From: Bigelowiella natans CCMP2755
Taxonomy: Eukaryota > Protista > Cercozoa
Reading direction: 5' to 3'
DNA length: 64,000 nucleotides
NCBI GenBank assembly: GCA_000320545.1
Contig: ADNK01000816.1
Coordinates: forward strand, 1-64,000
Below, one piece after another: positions 24,986-44,877 of this stretch; the stretch's first letter is position 1; each line of letters begins with the position of its first letter. The translations under genes were made by a program, and so were the position numbers. The notes beneath the pieces are model-generated. The model was not told the DNA's origin. It saw only the letters and a list, made by a program, of their open reading frames with translations, and did no database searches.

Positions 24986-26379
24986 AATTTCTACCCTGAG
25001 CAGAAATAGTCGAGGGATAACGGTAAATCATAAAGCTTTCTTATTGCATAGAATAACGTGCTTATATTAGTCAACATCTCAGAAAAGAGTAAAGAGACGA
25101 CCGTCACACTCGATGCGTGGGCCTCTGGGAGATAGTTTAGGAAGAGATTTTATCGTAACATCCTCTTAGGACGCTCGAATTGTGCTTCGAGACAAAAGAA
25201 GTCTCGCGTGCGAGATAGACATAAATTTAGAACCCCTTCGATCTAATAGACATGGTAACTAATATATGCGACGAATATATCGGACGTACATATTGGATAC
25301 CTGGGTGTCTAATAGCGATGCTCATTGTGTTATAATTAAAGTTACATTTCATATCTTCGATGTGTATGACATCCATGCTGCGAGCATACTATTCATTCAA
25401 CATGATGCCTACCCACTCCATCGCCTCTTCTAAGAAAAAATGGCGTCCAAAGATGTGCCCCTTCATTTTGTGTGGATGCAAATATGTGAACATTTGCGAT
25501 GCAATGTGTGTCCGTACATGTGGTGGATGTGTGTGTGTGTGTGTGTGTGTGTGTGGTGTGGTGTAGGTGTAGGTGTTTTATATTATTTTGTAGTGTGCAA
25601 ACCAATGATAGACATGCAATATACCACATGAATTCCGAAGGAGCGAACATGTTTCGGTCGTGGGCATCTCTAGATCTGGGACATGCTAGCATGGTGGTGA
25701 CAACATTCGCATCGCACGCATCGATGGAGCACACTGATCGAGGTGATGCAATGGTGCATACGATGAATCGATGGCACTGCATTGAAGCGCACATTGCATT
25801 GCAATGTCTCAGCGTTGCATCGCACACCAATGCCATGCTAGCATGGTTGCCTGCACCACGTGTGCATGCTGCTGCAGCCAAATTGCAGACAACGTGGTGC
25901 ATGACACACGTGCAGTGCACATTGACTGTGTCCATTGTCCAAGCCGCCTTGACCACACCACTAGCACATGTCACCACGCAGTGATTGTCCTGGCGCATGC
26001 ATCGTGATGATCGAACAAAGCTAGAAAGCAACGTCACGTTGTCTGGTGCATGGTGCATCCTAGCATGGTGTTCACACCACATTGCGTCATTGTCCACGTT
26101 GCATCACTCCAGCACGCCAGTGCGTGCGTTGTCTGTGACCATTGCAAGCATCACTGGATCACACTGCCATGCTGGCACGAGGAAAGAACGTGATGGTGGC
26201 AAGGAAACTCAATGGCGCTCAGTCACCATCCCCTCGCGTTCAGTCATTTTCAAGGAAAGCCAAAAAGCGCAAACGTTTGGCGTTTTGGCAAGTGCAATGT
26301 CTGGACGTGCGTCGATGACCAGCTAGCCAGGCTAGCAGGTGACCAGAGCTTTTGAGAGATCGACTCCATCGTGATGCTG

Positions 26380-26620
26380 CTGCTGCTGCGGACTGGCAGG
26401 CACACTGGCTGAGCATTGCACGCTCAACTTCAAAGGTTCGTGTTCACTTTGGTGTGGTCTGGTGTTCCAACAACCAAGGCTGGAAGGTGTGCATGCACAA
26501 GCACTGCCAACAAGCTGAGTGCACCTCAAGCGGCTGGGAGAGCGGAGCAAAGCTGGCAAAGCAAGAGAGTTGTTTTGTGCTGATCGAAGGACAAGTTTGA
26601 CTCCAAGTGTGTGTGAGTGC
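26380..26620 (+). pseudogene. Relic of a hAT transposase C-terminal dimerisation domain within a TpA-depleted block
   Basis: Reading PRL...ALPTS*VHLKRL...SKAGK...ADRRTSLTPSVCE resembles the hAT motif P.TS...ER.FS.AG....RR.SL.P...E. Contains an internal stop. Confidence 0.5.
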
Positions 26621-26674
26621 AAAGAGTTCAAGGCGTTCAAAGCAAAGTTCAAAACGTTCACGTCACTTTGTCAC

Positions 26675-27000
26675 TGTAGCGCGTACCACTACGCGGGCAC
26701 AAGTCACGTGCGACAACAAAGGGGTTGTCGCGGATATAGAATATAGATAACGTAGATATTAATACAGCATAGGCACGTGGGTTCCGGCGGGACTCATGGC
26801 AGCACACCGGAAGTGTGCTGCCCCACGTGCGGCGGCATTCGCGAAAGCTTCGCGAATGATTACGCAGTGCACGATTTAATAAAAATATAATCTTTAATAA
26901 AAATAAACACAACTCTTCAAAAGGAAGCAAACGTGCCTTTCCCCCCCCCTGCCTACTTGTGCACGTAGCGCCTCGGCCTGTGAACACCTTACGCGCAACA
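26675..27000 (+). repeat. 5' LTR
   Basis: Starts TGTAGCGCGTA and ends TACGCGCAACA (11-bp terminal inverted repeat, 1 mismatch). TATA-like and AATAAA motifs inside. Confidence 0.97.
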
Positions 27001-27005
27001 ACCTT

Positions 27006-27023
27006 TGGCTTCCACACACGGGA
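27006..27023 (+). promoter_or_regulatory. Primer-binding site
   Basis: TGGCTTCCACACACGGGA, 5 nt after the 5' LTR, complementary to a tRNA-like 3' end (...GTGGAAGCCA). The tRNA identity was not determined. Confidence 0.7.
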
Positions 27024-27039
27024 AACGATTTGACTAACA

Positions 27040-30000
27040 ATGTCACAGCAGCTAGAAGAACAGCAGGACTTTGGCTCGCAGGCCGTGCAAGGGCACGAGC
27101 AGAAACAGGAAAGGAAGGGCGATACGGACGCTAAGGAAGGAGGAGGAACACCTCCACAGGCACCGCCGGGACCAGCACCCGGGATTAAGAAAGCAGATGC
27201 AGCAGCAGAGGCACTGGAGAACTTCTACGAGGCGGACGACGAGGACGTGGCCGCCGAAAGCAAGAAGGTCGTAATGGCATTACGAGCCTTGCGACCCAGG
27301 GCGAGCAACTACGCCAAACTGAAAGTATCGATAGAATACAAGTATCAGACACATGATGTTTGGGCAGCTATCATGCAGGACATCATGGATTACGAAGCAG
27401 ACTTACCTCCAGAGTGGGCAGCTTTGTTTAGGAACGACGGGGGTCTGGGCGCCTCGCGGGGGACGACCCAGAGCACCGTCAAGCAGCAGCAGCCGGTACA
27501 GCGGAACACCCAGTTCATGTCTGTTAAAACAGCACCGGTTATGATAACGAAATACAACGGGAAAAGAGGTGAGGCAAGGAGGTGGTGGAAGAACGCTAGG
27601 AGTATACTCTGCGACTTTACCCCTAACCCCACCGAAAACGACAAGCTCAAATGGCTAGCTATAATAAAGCAAGCCATGGACCTTTACGAGACAGGCAGGA
27701 CCCGGATCAGGCAGCTAGAGAAAATACACACTACAGTTAGTGGGCTACGAGACGTTGAGGCGATAATGAAGGCTTTTGTAAATGAACAGGATGCTAACTC
27801 CCTACCCCAGGCTATTAGAAAATACAGAGCAATGATGCAGCATGAGAGAGAACCTGTTAGAGACTTTGCCACGCGCTTCCAGGATATGATCGACGAACTA
27901 CATGATTTTAATTACAACACAGGTGATGATCAGGCAAGGTTTGAAGAGTTCAAGTTAAAGATAAAGGAATCCACTTACGTTACGGAGAAAGGCTACACCA
28001 CGATGGAGGCAGCAGTGCAGGCTATATCCCTACGCGAGCAGGAGCAGGACCGCAAGTTTACCAGCCCTAAGGTACCTGGCATAGGAAACATTAACGCTAT
28101 TAAGCCGCAGCGAGACTGGTACAAGGACAGGGAAGGTAACCGACGTTGCGGATACTGCTCACGTAAAGGGAAACACACCGCTAAAGACTGCAGAGACAGG
28201 AAAGAAGGACGACCCAGGATGACGATCAGGCAGCTCAACGAACACTACGAGAAGTTAAAGAGAAAGAAAGGCAGAGGACAAGGATATAACAACAGCAAAT
28301 GGCAAGGCAGCAACAACGGGAAGAACAATAAATATAAGAACAAAAAGCAGAACAGTATCAATGCTATACAGCAGCAGATAAACGGAATATTAGATCACCT
28401 TAAGCAGGCGCCGACGAAGACAGCAGTACCAGCAACGCAGGACCAAGACAAGCCCATGACCCTAGACGACATAAAGAACTTAGGAGTATGCAACATTAAT
28501 GACGAAGACGCTAACAGGACTATCAAAGTTGCTATGACCAAGGTTAAAGTTAAAGACAGCTACGGAGACTACAAGAAACTACCTGCCCTTTGGGATAGTG
28601 GCAGCATGCCGAAGTCCTTCATAAGCCTAAGCACAGTAAGAAGGTTAGGACTATTGGATCAAGTGACTAAGAAAGAACGTAAATATGCTCAAGCAGACGG
28701 AAGCTCTTCCATGAAGACCGTCGGTGAGCTAATGCTAAAGCTACAGATACCTGGCAGCGACGCGGAGACCCAAATCAAGACCCGAGTAGCCATGACTTTA
28801 TCCATGGAACTACTCCTCGGACAGGATGCCCTAGAAAAATTAGGGGGGATCATATCATTCTACAATCACAAGATATACTTTGCTAAGTTGCCAAAGAAGT
28901 CAGGCAGGACCATCAGCCAGAACATGATACGGCTTGACGAGTGGACCTCTGAGTCAAGCGTTAATGCGTTAGAGTTTATGGACCTAGCGGACAACAAGCT
29001 ACCTACACCTACCGAGCTACGGAAGAAGAACCCCGGCAAGACCATCCGACAGATAACGGAGCTACTGGACAAGACCCCCCCAGCTGATGATTGGGATATC
29101 GACAAAGGCAAAAAGTACATTAATAAAATATTAAACGAGAAGTACTCTGACATCACCAAGCCGACGACGAAGCCCTCCAGCAAGCTTACCCCAGTAAAGA
29201 TCGAGCTAAAGAAGGGATACGAAGAGTGCATCATCAATGACCCAGAACATAGGCGACCGGAAGCGGACTGGGAAAAGATAGAGTGGCAGATCAATGAATG
29301 GGCAAAGGAAGGGAAGATAGAGCCAAGCAACTCACCATGGAACGTGAGACATGTGCTAGCTAAGAAACCTACTTACCCTTTCTTCCGCCTGGCGCACAAC
29401 TTCATCCGCCACAACCGAGTAATAAAGAGGATCCAGACACCTACACCAAGGATAGATGACGTTATTGAACACGTCATAGGATACAAATACTACTCTTCCC
29501 TAGATAAAAATGAATCATACATGCAGACACCCATCCACAAAACCTCCCGCCCCATTACCGCGTTCTCCAGCAGGCACAGGAAGTGGCACTTCGTCGTATT
29601 CCCTTACGGCCTAAGCATATCAGGGGATGCGTTCAGTAGTCAGAACTACAGGGCATACACACATGATGGGATGGCGTCTGTGTTGTGGGTGTTTGTGTTT
29701 GTGTATGTGGATGATGACATAATATGTACCAACACAGTCGTCGCTCAGATCTTCCTCCTGGAAAATATATTTATTAGGTTTGCACACTTCGGTTTTACTA
29801 TTAGACTGCAGAAGTGTACATTCCTAGCTACAAGAATCAAGTGGTGTGGATATTACCTGGAGCAAGGCCGCATCACCCCAAACCCCGAGAAAGTAGCAGC
29901 ACTACAGCAAGCCCCTAAACCTAAGAATGCAAAGGAGTTAAAGTCATTCTTGCAGACTGCAGCTTGGATACTACGTAGGTTCTCCCCTACCTACGCTAGG

Positions 30001-32013
30001 ACTGCAGCTGCTTTTACTACTGCTTACCGGAAGGAGAACTCTGTAGGCCTCAGCTTCGCTAAGGTGTGGGCCAAGGCTGGCCTTGATGCCCACTTCGATA
30101 ACCTAATAAAGTTATGCAGCAACACCCTATTGAATGCTAAGCTAGACACTACTAGACCAGCTACCCTATGGACAGACTGGTCTAAGCTAGGTATGGCTGC
30201 TGTACTTACCCAAGACCAGCAGATCATACGGGTGTGGGGCAGGGCCTGCACAGCAGCTGAGGCCAAGTACAGCCCTACAAAAGGAGAGTATAAAGCCATG
30301 ACTGAGGCGCAGAGGAAACTAAGATACTACCTGCTGTCGGTGCCCAGCTTCACCTTAATGACTGACCACAAGCCCCTCCTAGGCATCGACCGCAAGCTCG
30401 AAGCGCCTAACGATGAGTATGCAGCTATGAGGGCGGACACGGAAGAGTTTAGGGACAAGAGGACAGTGGTCTACGCACCAGGAGACAAGCAGCTTGCTGA
30501 CTATTTCAGCAGGCTGTTCGAAAAGAAAGTCCCTACCCAGGTCACCCCTATGGTTAACGCGATTACCTTCGAGGACGGCGACTTCCTGCCTGAGCCAGAG
30601 GAGCTCCAGCACCTTCAAGAACACCTGGATAAATACAAACACAAGCATGAGGTACTTAGTGATAGGATATATGTATACACTAATAATGTTAGGCGTACCT
30701 ACGTGCCACGGCGGACCAGGGGAGCCCTTCTCTTTACCGCCCATGGACCTGCACACGTAGGAGAAAACCATATCACTGCTCTACTCTACCATTACTACTG
30801 GCCCTACAAGCTAAAAGAGATAAGGACATACCTGCGTGGCTGCAGGTGCTCCAGCTTGAAGGCGGCAGGCGTCGCCACCAAGGAGTCCAGCAAGAGCCGT
30901 GCATCTAAGAAAATCAAAGCAAGGAACTTCTTAGATATCGTGCAAATTGATGTTTATAAGTACGATGGCTATCACTACCTTACCTTCGTTGATGTGGCCA
31001 CTGGAAAGTGCTGGGTTAAAAAGATTATCAAGGTCAACGTTGCTAAGAAGAACAAAGGCTTATATAAGCAGAGGCTTACTAACTGCTACCGTACCTGGGA
31101 GTCTGAGCTCCAGGCTATCCCTGATGAAGTTAGCATAAACAAGATACCAAAGAAGTTACATGTGGATAATGAGACCTCTCTTCTACAGCTACCACACCCT
31201 AATATTGATGCCTCACCTGTATACTATGCCCAGTCCAACTCCAAGGTAGAGCGACTCCACCGCACCTTGGCCAACCTAAGCAGGATAAATAGCACCACAC
31301 CAGACAAGATACAAGGGTTAGTAAACGACACCTTCACGTCTGGGGGAGGTATCAAGGATAAGGAGAGGGAAGAAGGCGACGACAACGACGACGATACCGA
31401 GAGCGAAGACGAGAAGGTCCCGTACGATGGCCGAGTTCTAAAGGAAGGACAGTATGTTAGGGCCAAGGTAAATCTGAGATCGAGAAATAAACAAGACCCC
31501 TTCTGGGGTGGCGTTGCAAAGGTTACCGAGAGGAAGGGGAGGAAGCAGTACTACATCTATGATGGGAACAGGGTCACCTTGCGCCACATCAGTCACCTAA
31601 AGAATTATGATATCGGTGAGAAGCTCCTAGAGGATGTTAAAGTAAACCCTACTGTGTGGGAGCGAGCAATGCCTTGTTTAGGACCCCGACCTAAGTTCGA
31701 TGTGGAATATGGAAACAATAAGGTCAGGGTGAACGACGATTGGCGCATGAAGATTGTCTATCTAGGCTACCCTGGATTACGAAATATGGAGAGGGTAGCT
31801 ATGAAAATAAAGGACGGAAAATATCAGCTACTCTACCTAGCTGTTCCCGACTTACCCTTTGAGCACTGGTATAAGGTCCTGGGGGACCTTGATGCAGAGG
31901 GCTGGTATGGACACGAACCTAAGGACGAAGGTGAGTTCTGGGTAAGCGACAAAGGAGATAAGGTTAGAGAGGAATCTATTACCTGGTGGTTGGTGAAGTT
32001 CCGAAAGCGATGA
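27040..32013 (+). CDS. Gag-Pol polyprotein (1657 aa): Gag with CCHC knuckle, protease, RT, RNase H, integrase and a C-terminal adenine-methyltransferase-like domain
   Basis: CGYCSRKGKHTAKDC; LWDSGS; SNSPWN, PYGL, YVDD; TDWS...TDHKPL...N-less ADYFSR; HGPAH...CRC; QIDV, VDNE, SNSKVERL. Confidence 0.96.
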   Translation: MSQQLEEQQDFGSQAVQGHEQKQERKGDTDAKEGGGTPPQAPPGPAPGIKKADAAAEALENFYEADDEDVAAESKKVVMALRALRPRASNYAKLKVSIEYKYQTHDVWAAIMQDIMDYEADLPPEWAALFRNDGGLGASRGTTQSTVKQQQPVQRNTQFMSVKTAPVMITKYNGKRGEARRWWKNARSILCDFTPNPTENDKLKWLAIIKQAMDLYETGRTRIRQLEKIHTTVSGLRDVEAIMKAFVNEQDANSLPQAIRKYRAMMQHEREPVRDFATRFQDMIDELHDFNYNTGDDQARFEEFKLKIKESTYVTEKGYTTMEAAVQAISLREQEQDRKFTSPKVPGIGNINAIKPQRDWYKDREGNRRCGYCSRKGKHTAKDCRDRKEGRPRMTIRQLNEHYEKLKRKKGRGQGYNNSKWQGSNNGKNNKYKNKKQNSINAIQQQINGILDHLKQAPTKTAVPATQDQDKPMTLDDIKNLGVCNINDEDANRTIKVAMTKVKVKDSYGDYKKLPALWDSGSMPKSFISLSTVRRLGLLDQVTKKERKYAQADGSSSMKTVGELMLKLQIPGSDAETQIKTRVAMTLSMELLLGQDALEKLGGIISFYNHKIYFAKLPKKSGRTISQNMIRLDEWTSESSVNALEFMDLADNKLPTPTELRKKNPGKTIRQITELLDKTPPADDWDIDKGKKYINKILNEKYSDITKPTTKPSSKLTPVKIELKKGYEECIINDPEHRRPEADWEKIEWQINEWAKEGKIEPSNSPWNVRHVLAKKPTYPFFRLAHNFIRHNRVIKRIQTPTPRIDDVIEHVIGYKYYSSLDKNESYMQTPIHKTSRPITAFSSRHRKWHFVVFPYGLSISGDAFSSQNYRAYTHDGMASVLWVFVFVYVDDDIICTNTVVAQIFLLENIFIRFAHFGFTIRLQKCTFLATRIKWCGYYLEQGRITPNPEKVAALQQAPKPKNAKELKSFLQTAAWILRRFSPTYARTAAAFTTAYRKENSVGLSFAKVWAKAGLDAHFDNLIKLCSNTLLNAKLDTTRPATLWTDWSKLGMAAVLTQDQQIIRVWGRACTAAEAKYSPTKGEYKAMTEAQRKLRYYLLSVPSFTLMTDHKPLLGIDRKLEAPNDEYAAMRADTEEFRDKRTVVYAPGDKQLADYFSRLFEKKVPTQVTPMVNAITFEDGDFLPEPEELQHLQEHLDKYKHKHEVLSDRIYVYTNNVRRTYVPRRTRGALLFTAHGPAHVGENHITALLYHYYWPYKLKEIRTYLRGCRCSSLKAAGVATKESSKSRASKKIKARNFLDIVQIDVYKYDGYHYLTFVDVATGKCWVKKIIKVNVAKKNKGLYKQRLTNCYRTWESELQAIPDEVSINKIPKKLHVDNETSLLQLPHPNIDASPVYYAQSNSKVERLHRTLANLSRINSTTPDKIQGLVNDTFTSGGGIKDKEREEGDDNDDDTESEDEKVPYDGRVLKEGQYVRAKVNLRSRNKQDPFWGGVAKVTERKGRKQYYIYDGNRVTLRHISHLKNYDIGEKLLEDVKVNPTVWERAMPCLGPRPKFDVEYGNNKVRVNDDWRMKIVYLGYPGLRNMERVAMKIKDGKYQLLYLAVPDLPFEHWYKVLGDLDAEGWYGHEPKDEGEFWVSDKGDKVREESITWWLVKFRKR

Positions 32014-32020
32014 AGGTCTA

Positions 32021-32064
32021 AGGGAATAAGGAAGGAAGGAAGGAGCAACGTGACTTGGGGGAGG
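32021..32064 (+). promoter_or_regulatory. Polypurine tract region
   Basis: AGGGAATAAGGAAGGAAGGAAGGAG and GGGGGAGG immediately upstream of the 3' LTR. Confidence 0.8.
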
Positions 32065-32390
32065 TGTAGCGCGTACCACTACGCGGGCACAAGTCACGTG
32101 CGACAACAAAGGGGTTGTCGCGGATATAGAATATAGATAACGTAGATATTAATACAGCATAGGCACGTGGGTTCCGGCGGGACTCATGGCAGCACACCGG
32201 AAGTGTGCTGCCCCACGTGCGGCGGCATTCGCGAAAGCTTCGCGAATGATTACGCAGTGCACGATTTAATAAAAATATAATCTTTAATAAAAATAAACAC
32301 AACTCTTCAAAAGGAAGCAAACGTGCCTTTCCCCCCCCCTGCCTACTTGTGCACGTAGCGCCTCGGCCTGTGAACACCTTACGCGCAACA
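32065..32390 (+). repeat. 3' LTR
   Basis: Direct repeat of 26675-27000; no differences noticed. Confidence 0.97.
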
Positions 32391-32649
32391 TCACGTTTGA
32401 ACATGCTTGCTTGATGTCACTGTCTCCCCCCCATCGATTTGCGCTTCTCGTGACAACGCAATGTGCATGACGTAGCCCAAGCATCCCAGCACATCACGAT
32501 GGACCATGCTGCTACTGCCATTTGATTCCTGACTGAAAGAATTTTCATGTCGCAAGAGTGAATCCCCGTGATTTTGTTGCGTTTCTCTCGTGTTCGGTTT
32601 GTTGGACGCATCATTTAGGCAACCGCAGCACAAAGCGGGTGCATCGGCG

Positions 32650-41815
<9,166 letters not shown>

Positions 41816-42417
41816 TTGTCATAAAATTCGGTTCTCATTTATGCATGGCAAGATCAATGTAATTATCGATGTAGTGTCGCGGAAATACTATTCACAAAGA
41901 AAAAAATCATCGATGATGTCTGCATTCGTACAATAATTTAGCCAAAATGAGCAGTGTTGTCACCAATACCATTCAACATACGTATTTGAATTAGCAGCTC
42001 CCCGTGATCAACGAGTAAAAGACGTCAATTGTACATGACATGTCTGCGGCCCATGCTAGCATGCGGAGACCATGTGACGTTGCTTCGCTGTTTCGATCAA
42101 TGCGGTGTAACTGCATGACGCGCAGATGTGTGAGCACAAGGTAGGCTGCGTCTCATCACGGAGCACGATGACAGCCGCATGCTGCTCCAAAAAATGTGTA
42201 TAAAAATCACATCAATTCTTTAAAGAGATTTCGTAAAAGGCAAGCGTATGATTAATTCAAATTTGCTAAAAGTAAGCACATGGGTTTCTTTAAACGTCTC
42301 ATTAGCCTATCTAGTGCTCAGCTAATCATTAACCTATCCTAATATCAGTTCCGAATCCAAAAGCAAGCAATCATGTTATGAGTACTTTGCAAATCATCAA
42401 TCATGATGGTTGATTAT

Positions 42418-43086
42418 TTAAACGAATCCTTTGCCTGTCTGAGTGTAGGATTGTCCTGTGACAATTACAGCTTTTGAATTTCGTAAGGGGGCTAGATTTT
42501 CACGAAGTTTATCAGCACTGGAGCTCCTTTTGTGCTTCAGATAAGCCTCCTTGCTAGAAAATCTCTCCAAAATTACAACTTTCAGTGGATTATCGTCGGC
42601 AATTGCTATTTCATATGTCAAAGTGTCCATTTCGTTCCTCCTTGCATTTTCGATCATGGGCTCCATCCATTGCAGAAAGTCTTGCAAGTCGCTCTTATTC
42701 TGAAATTAGATCAGACTTTAGTTGAGTTATCCACCAGGGTGCTCTATTTCACACACCTTGAATTCCAAATTGACGAGGAGCACAAACACACCCGGTGAAG
42801 CAGGGGCTCTTGCTTGTCCCTTTGTCGCCTCCATAACGGTTGCACCTCCATTATTGCCGTTCCCCATGTCGGACGCAAGAGCTATGAATAGGACTACCAT
42901 AATTGCTGCTGAAACTACAATCATTGGGCGTACTCTGCCGCTTAAGCCGCCTGATAGGTTACGAAAATATGTGATGCATGCACTTTGTACCAGTCCAGTG
43001 TCCACAAACCTGCTATCGCAGGAAGTGCACTCGTCATTCGTCGGTCGTAGTATCAGCTCCTTTCCTTACCTCGTCCCCGCAGCCAT
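42418..43086 (-). CDS. ABM/Dabb dimeric alpha-beta barrel protein with N-terminal transmembrane segment
   Basis: FVLLVNLEFK|...NEMDTLTYEIAIADDNPLKVVILERFSSKEAYLKHK; hydrophobic IVVSAAIMVVLFIALAS. Confidence 0.85.
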
Positions 43087-44829
43087 TGAGCACACTCTAC
43101 GTCCCCTCCCCCGTGGCAAGCAGGAAAGCGTGTGTTCGGCCGTCCAGCAGGGGGTGTGCAGGCTACGTGCAGCGCTTCGGGAGCAGACAAAAATATCAGC
43201 GACTTTTATTCTACGACACGATGATCCGACGACAAACGCTATGCCGTGGTATTGTCCGACGCGTCATGAGAAGGGGTTGTCGCAAGGGCAAGAATTCCCG
43301 ATATTTTCGAGACTTTCCCACTTGTGAATGAATTAGGCCGGATATTCGTTGTCGCATATATAGAAACACAGGTGACTAAATAATAAATTTTGCATCTTTT
43401 TGCAGAGTCGAGAGAAGACTCCCATTCCCCTTGAAGAAAGGGCTGGAAATGATGAGGCAGAGCGAAGCGACGCTTAGAACCTGCTAGCGTTAGGAGGAAA
43501 TAGTCGGTAGAATATAATATGCCACGGTCTGGCGGAGCTGCCCAGCAGGCGAGGATTGTCAGAGAAATCGTAAATCATCTGAAGAAAACGAGGTCTTACT
43601 CTCGCTGATGACCAGACCCAATAACAAGCTGAATGTTCACCGATCAAAATATTTACGTAGGGGGAGCCTTTCCTTCGATGATATTAAGCGGATGTTCAAG
43701 GTTTTACGCGTTTGTGAGTTCGAAAGTGGAGTTTGCTGATTGAGGATGCCTCTCGTCATCTCAGGTGGATTTGAACTCAAATAGCTACCTCTTGGTCGAA
43801 TTGAGGAATCACCGGCGGTTGGATAATGAGAAGGGCGGTGGAAACACCTTCATGTACAATGTAAGAGAAACCCCGAGAAGGATTTAGAAGAAAGAAGTAC
43901 CTGTGTGATAGTGGGGGTGGAAGGTTTAATGCTGAAAATGTAGAAAGCGCTGACACTGTGGGTGACAAGTCGTCCGTCACAATTTTTACAATTTTATGTG
44001 TTTGAATTCAAACAATGCTTCTTCTTACAGCCGGAGATATCCCAAGTCGGCAACAAAGAGCAGCTTCTAAATAAGATCCAGTGTGCGTGGCCGGTAACAC
44101 TGATCTGATTATTTGGGAAATTTTGATTTGCTCTGCCACTTGCATTGAGGAGGAGGACGTGTGTCAGTATCTGATAAATCAATGCAAATAGGGGATTGAA
44201 CGTGAACACCTCGAGGATGCTTTCATAGGAGCAAAGGAAGCCCTACAGGTTGGGAGAGTGAGAGTGATGATTCGACTGCCCATTGACGGCCTGACGCAAG
44301 AATTGAGAATGGCGTGGTGTGGATGCGATCAGGACCTGATTGACGAGAAGAAAGTTCTTGTTATTTCTAGTAAAAAGAGCGCTAATACCAAGAAGGAAAT
44401 TGTTTTCCCGGTCAGTGGTCGATAACGTGTGCCGTCCACACACTCCACACCGCCAACCCGCATCGTCACCGTTGTTATCCGAATATCTTGCCAGATTTCC
44501 ACCAGCATCTTCACAATCGATCAAGACATAAAAGATATGTGGGCAAAAGTTAGAATCCCCTACAACACCGGTCAGTTCTCACTCAAAGCTACGATAGTAC
44601 TACTGCTTTATGAAAGAAGGTGCGAAGGTCCGTCACGTCAAACTCTCACGTTACTCTCTTAACACCTACAGAGACAGAGCTGGAGGATGCTTTAGTGAGG
44701 AATGGGCAGATAAGCGCAAATTCGTAATGATAAGAACCCTTCGACTATAGCAGCATAATCCAAAGAGGAGAATAATTGTCCCAATTTTCGTGAAAGAAAC
44801 CCATTGTTGTTGGTTGTGTACGCTGGAAA

Positions 44830-44877
<48 letters not shown>

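Larger units (their letters stand above)
26675..32390 (+). mobile_element. Complete Ty3/Gypsy-type LTR retrotransposon, recent insertion
   Basis: Two 326-bp direct repeats (TG...CA), identical by eye. 4-bp TSD TCAC (26671-26674, 32391-32394), PBS, PPT and a single gag-pol ORF in the order PR-RT-RH-IN. Confidence 0.97.

Noticed and set aside
25360-26661. Overlapping 100-230 aa Cys/His/Met-rich ORFs
   Set aside because: Same TpA-depletion artefact.
26658-27017. 119-aa antisense ORF, repeated at 32018-32404
   Set aside because: Lies within the LTRs, so the duplication is just the LTR repeat; it has no ATG start and no recognisable motif.
27040-32013. Retrotransposon enriched for the protected CTAG context
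   Set aside because: A rough count gave fewer than 20 CTAG in 5 kb, about chance level; most of its TpA sites are in other contexts.
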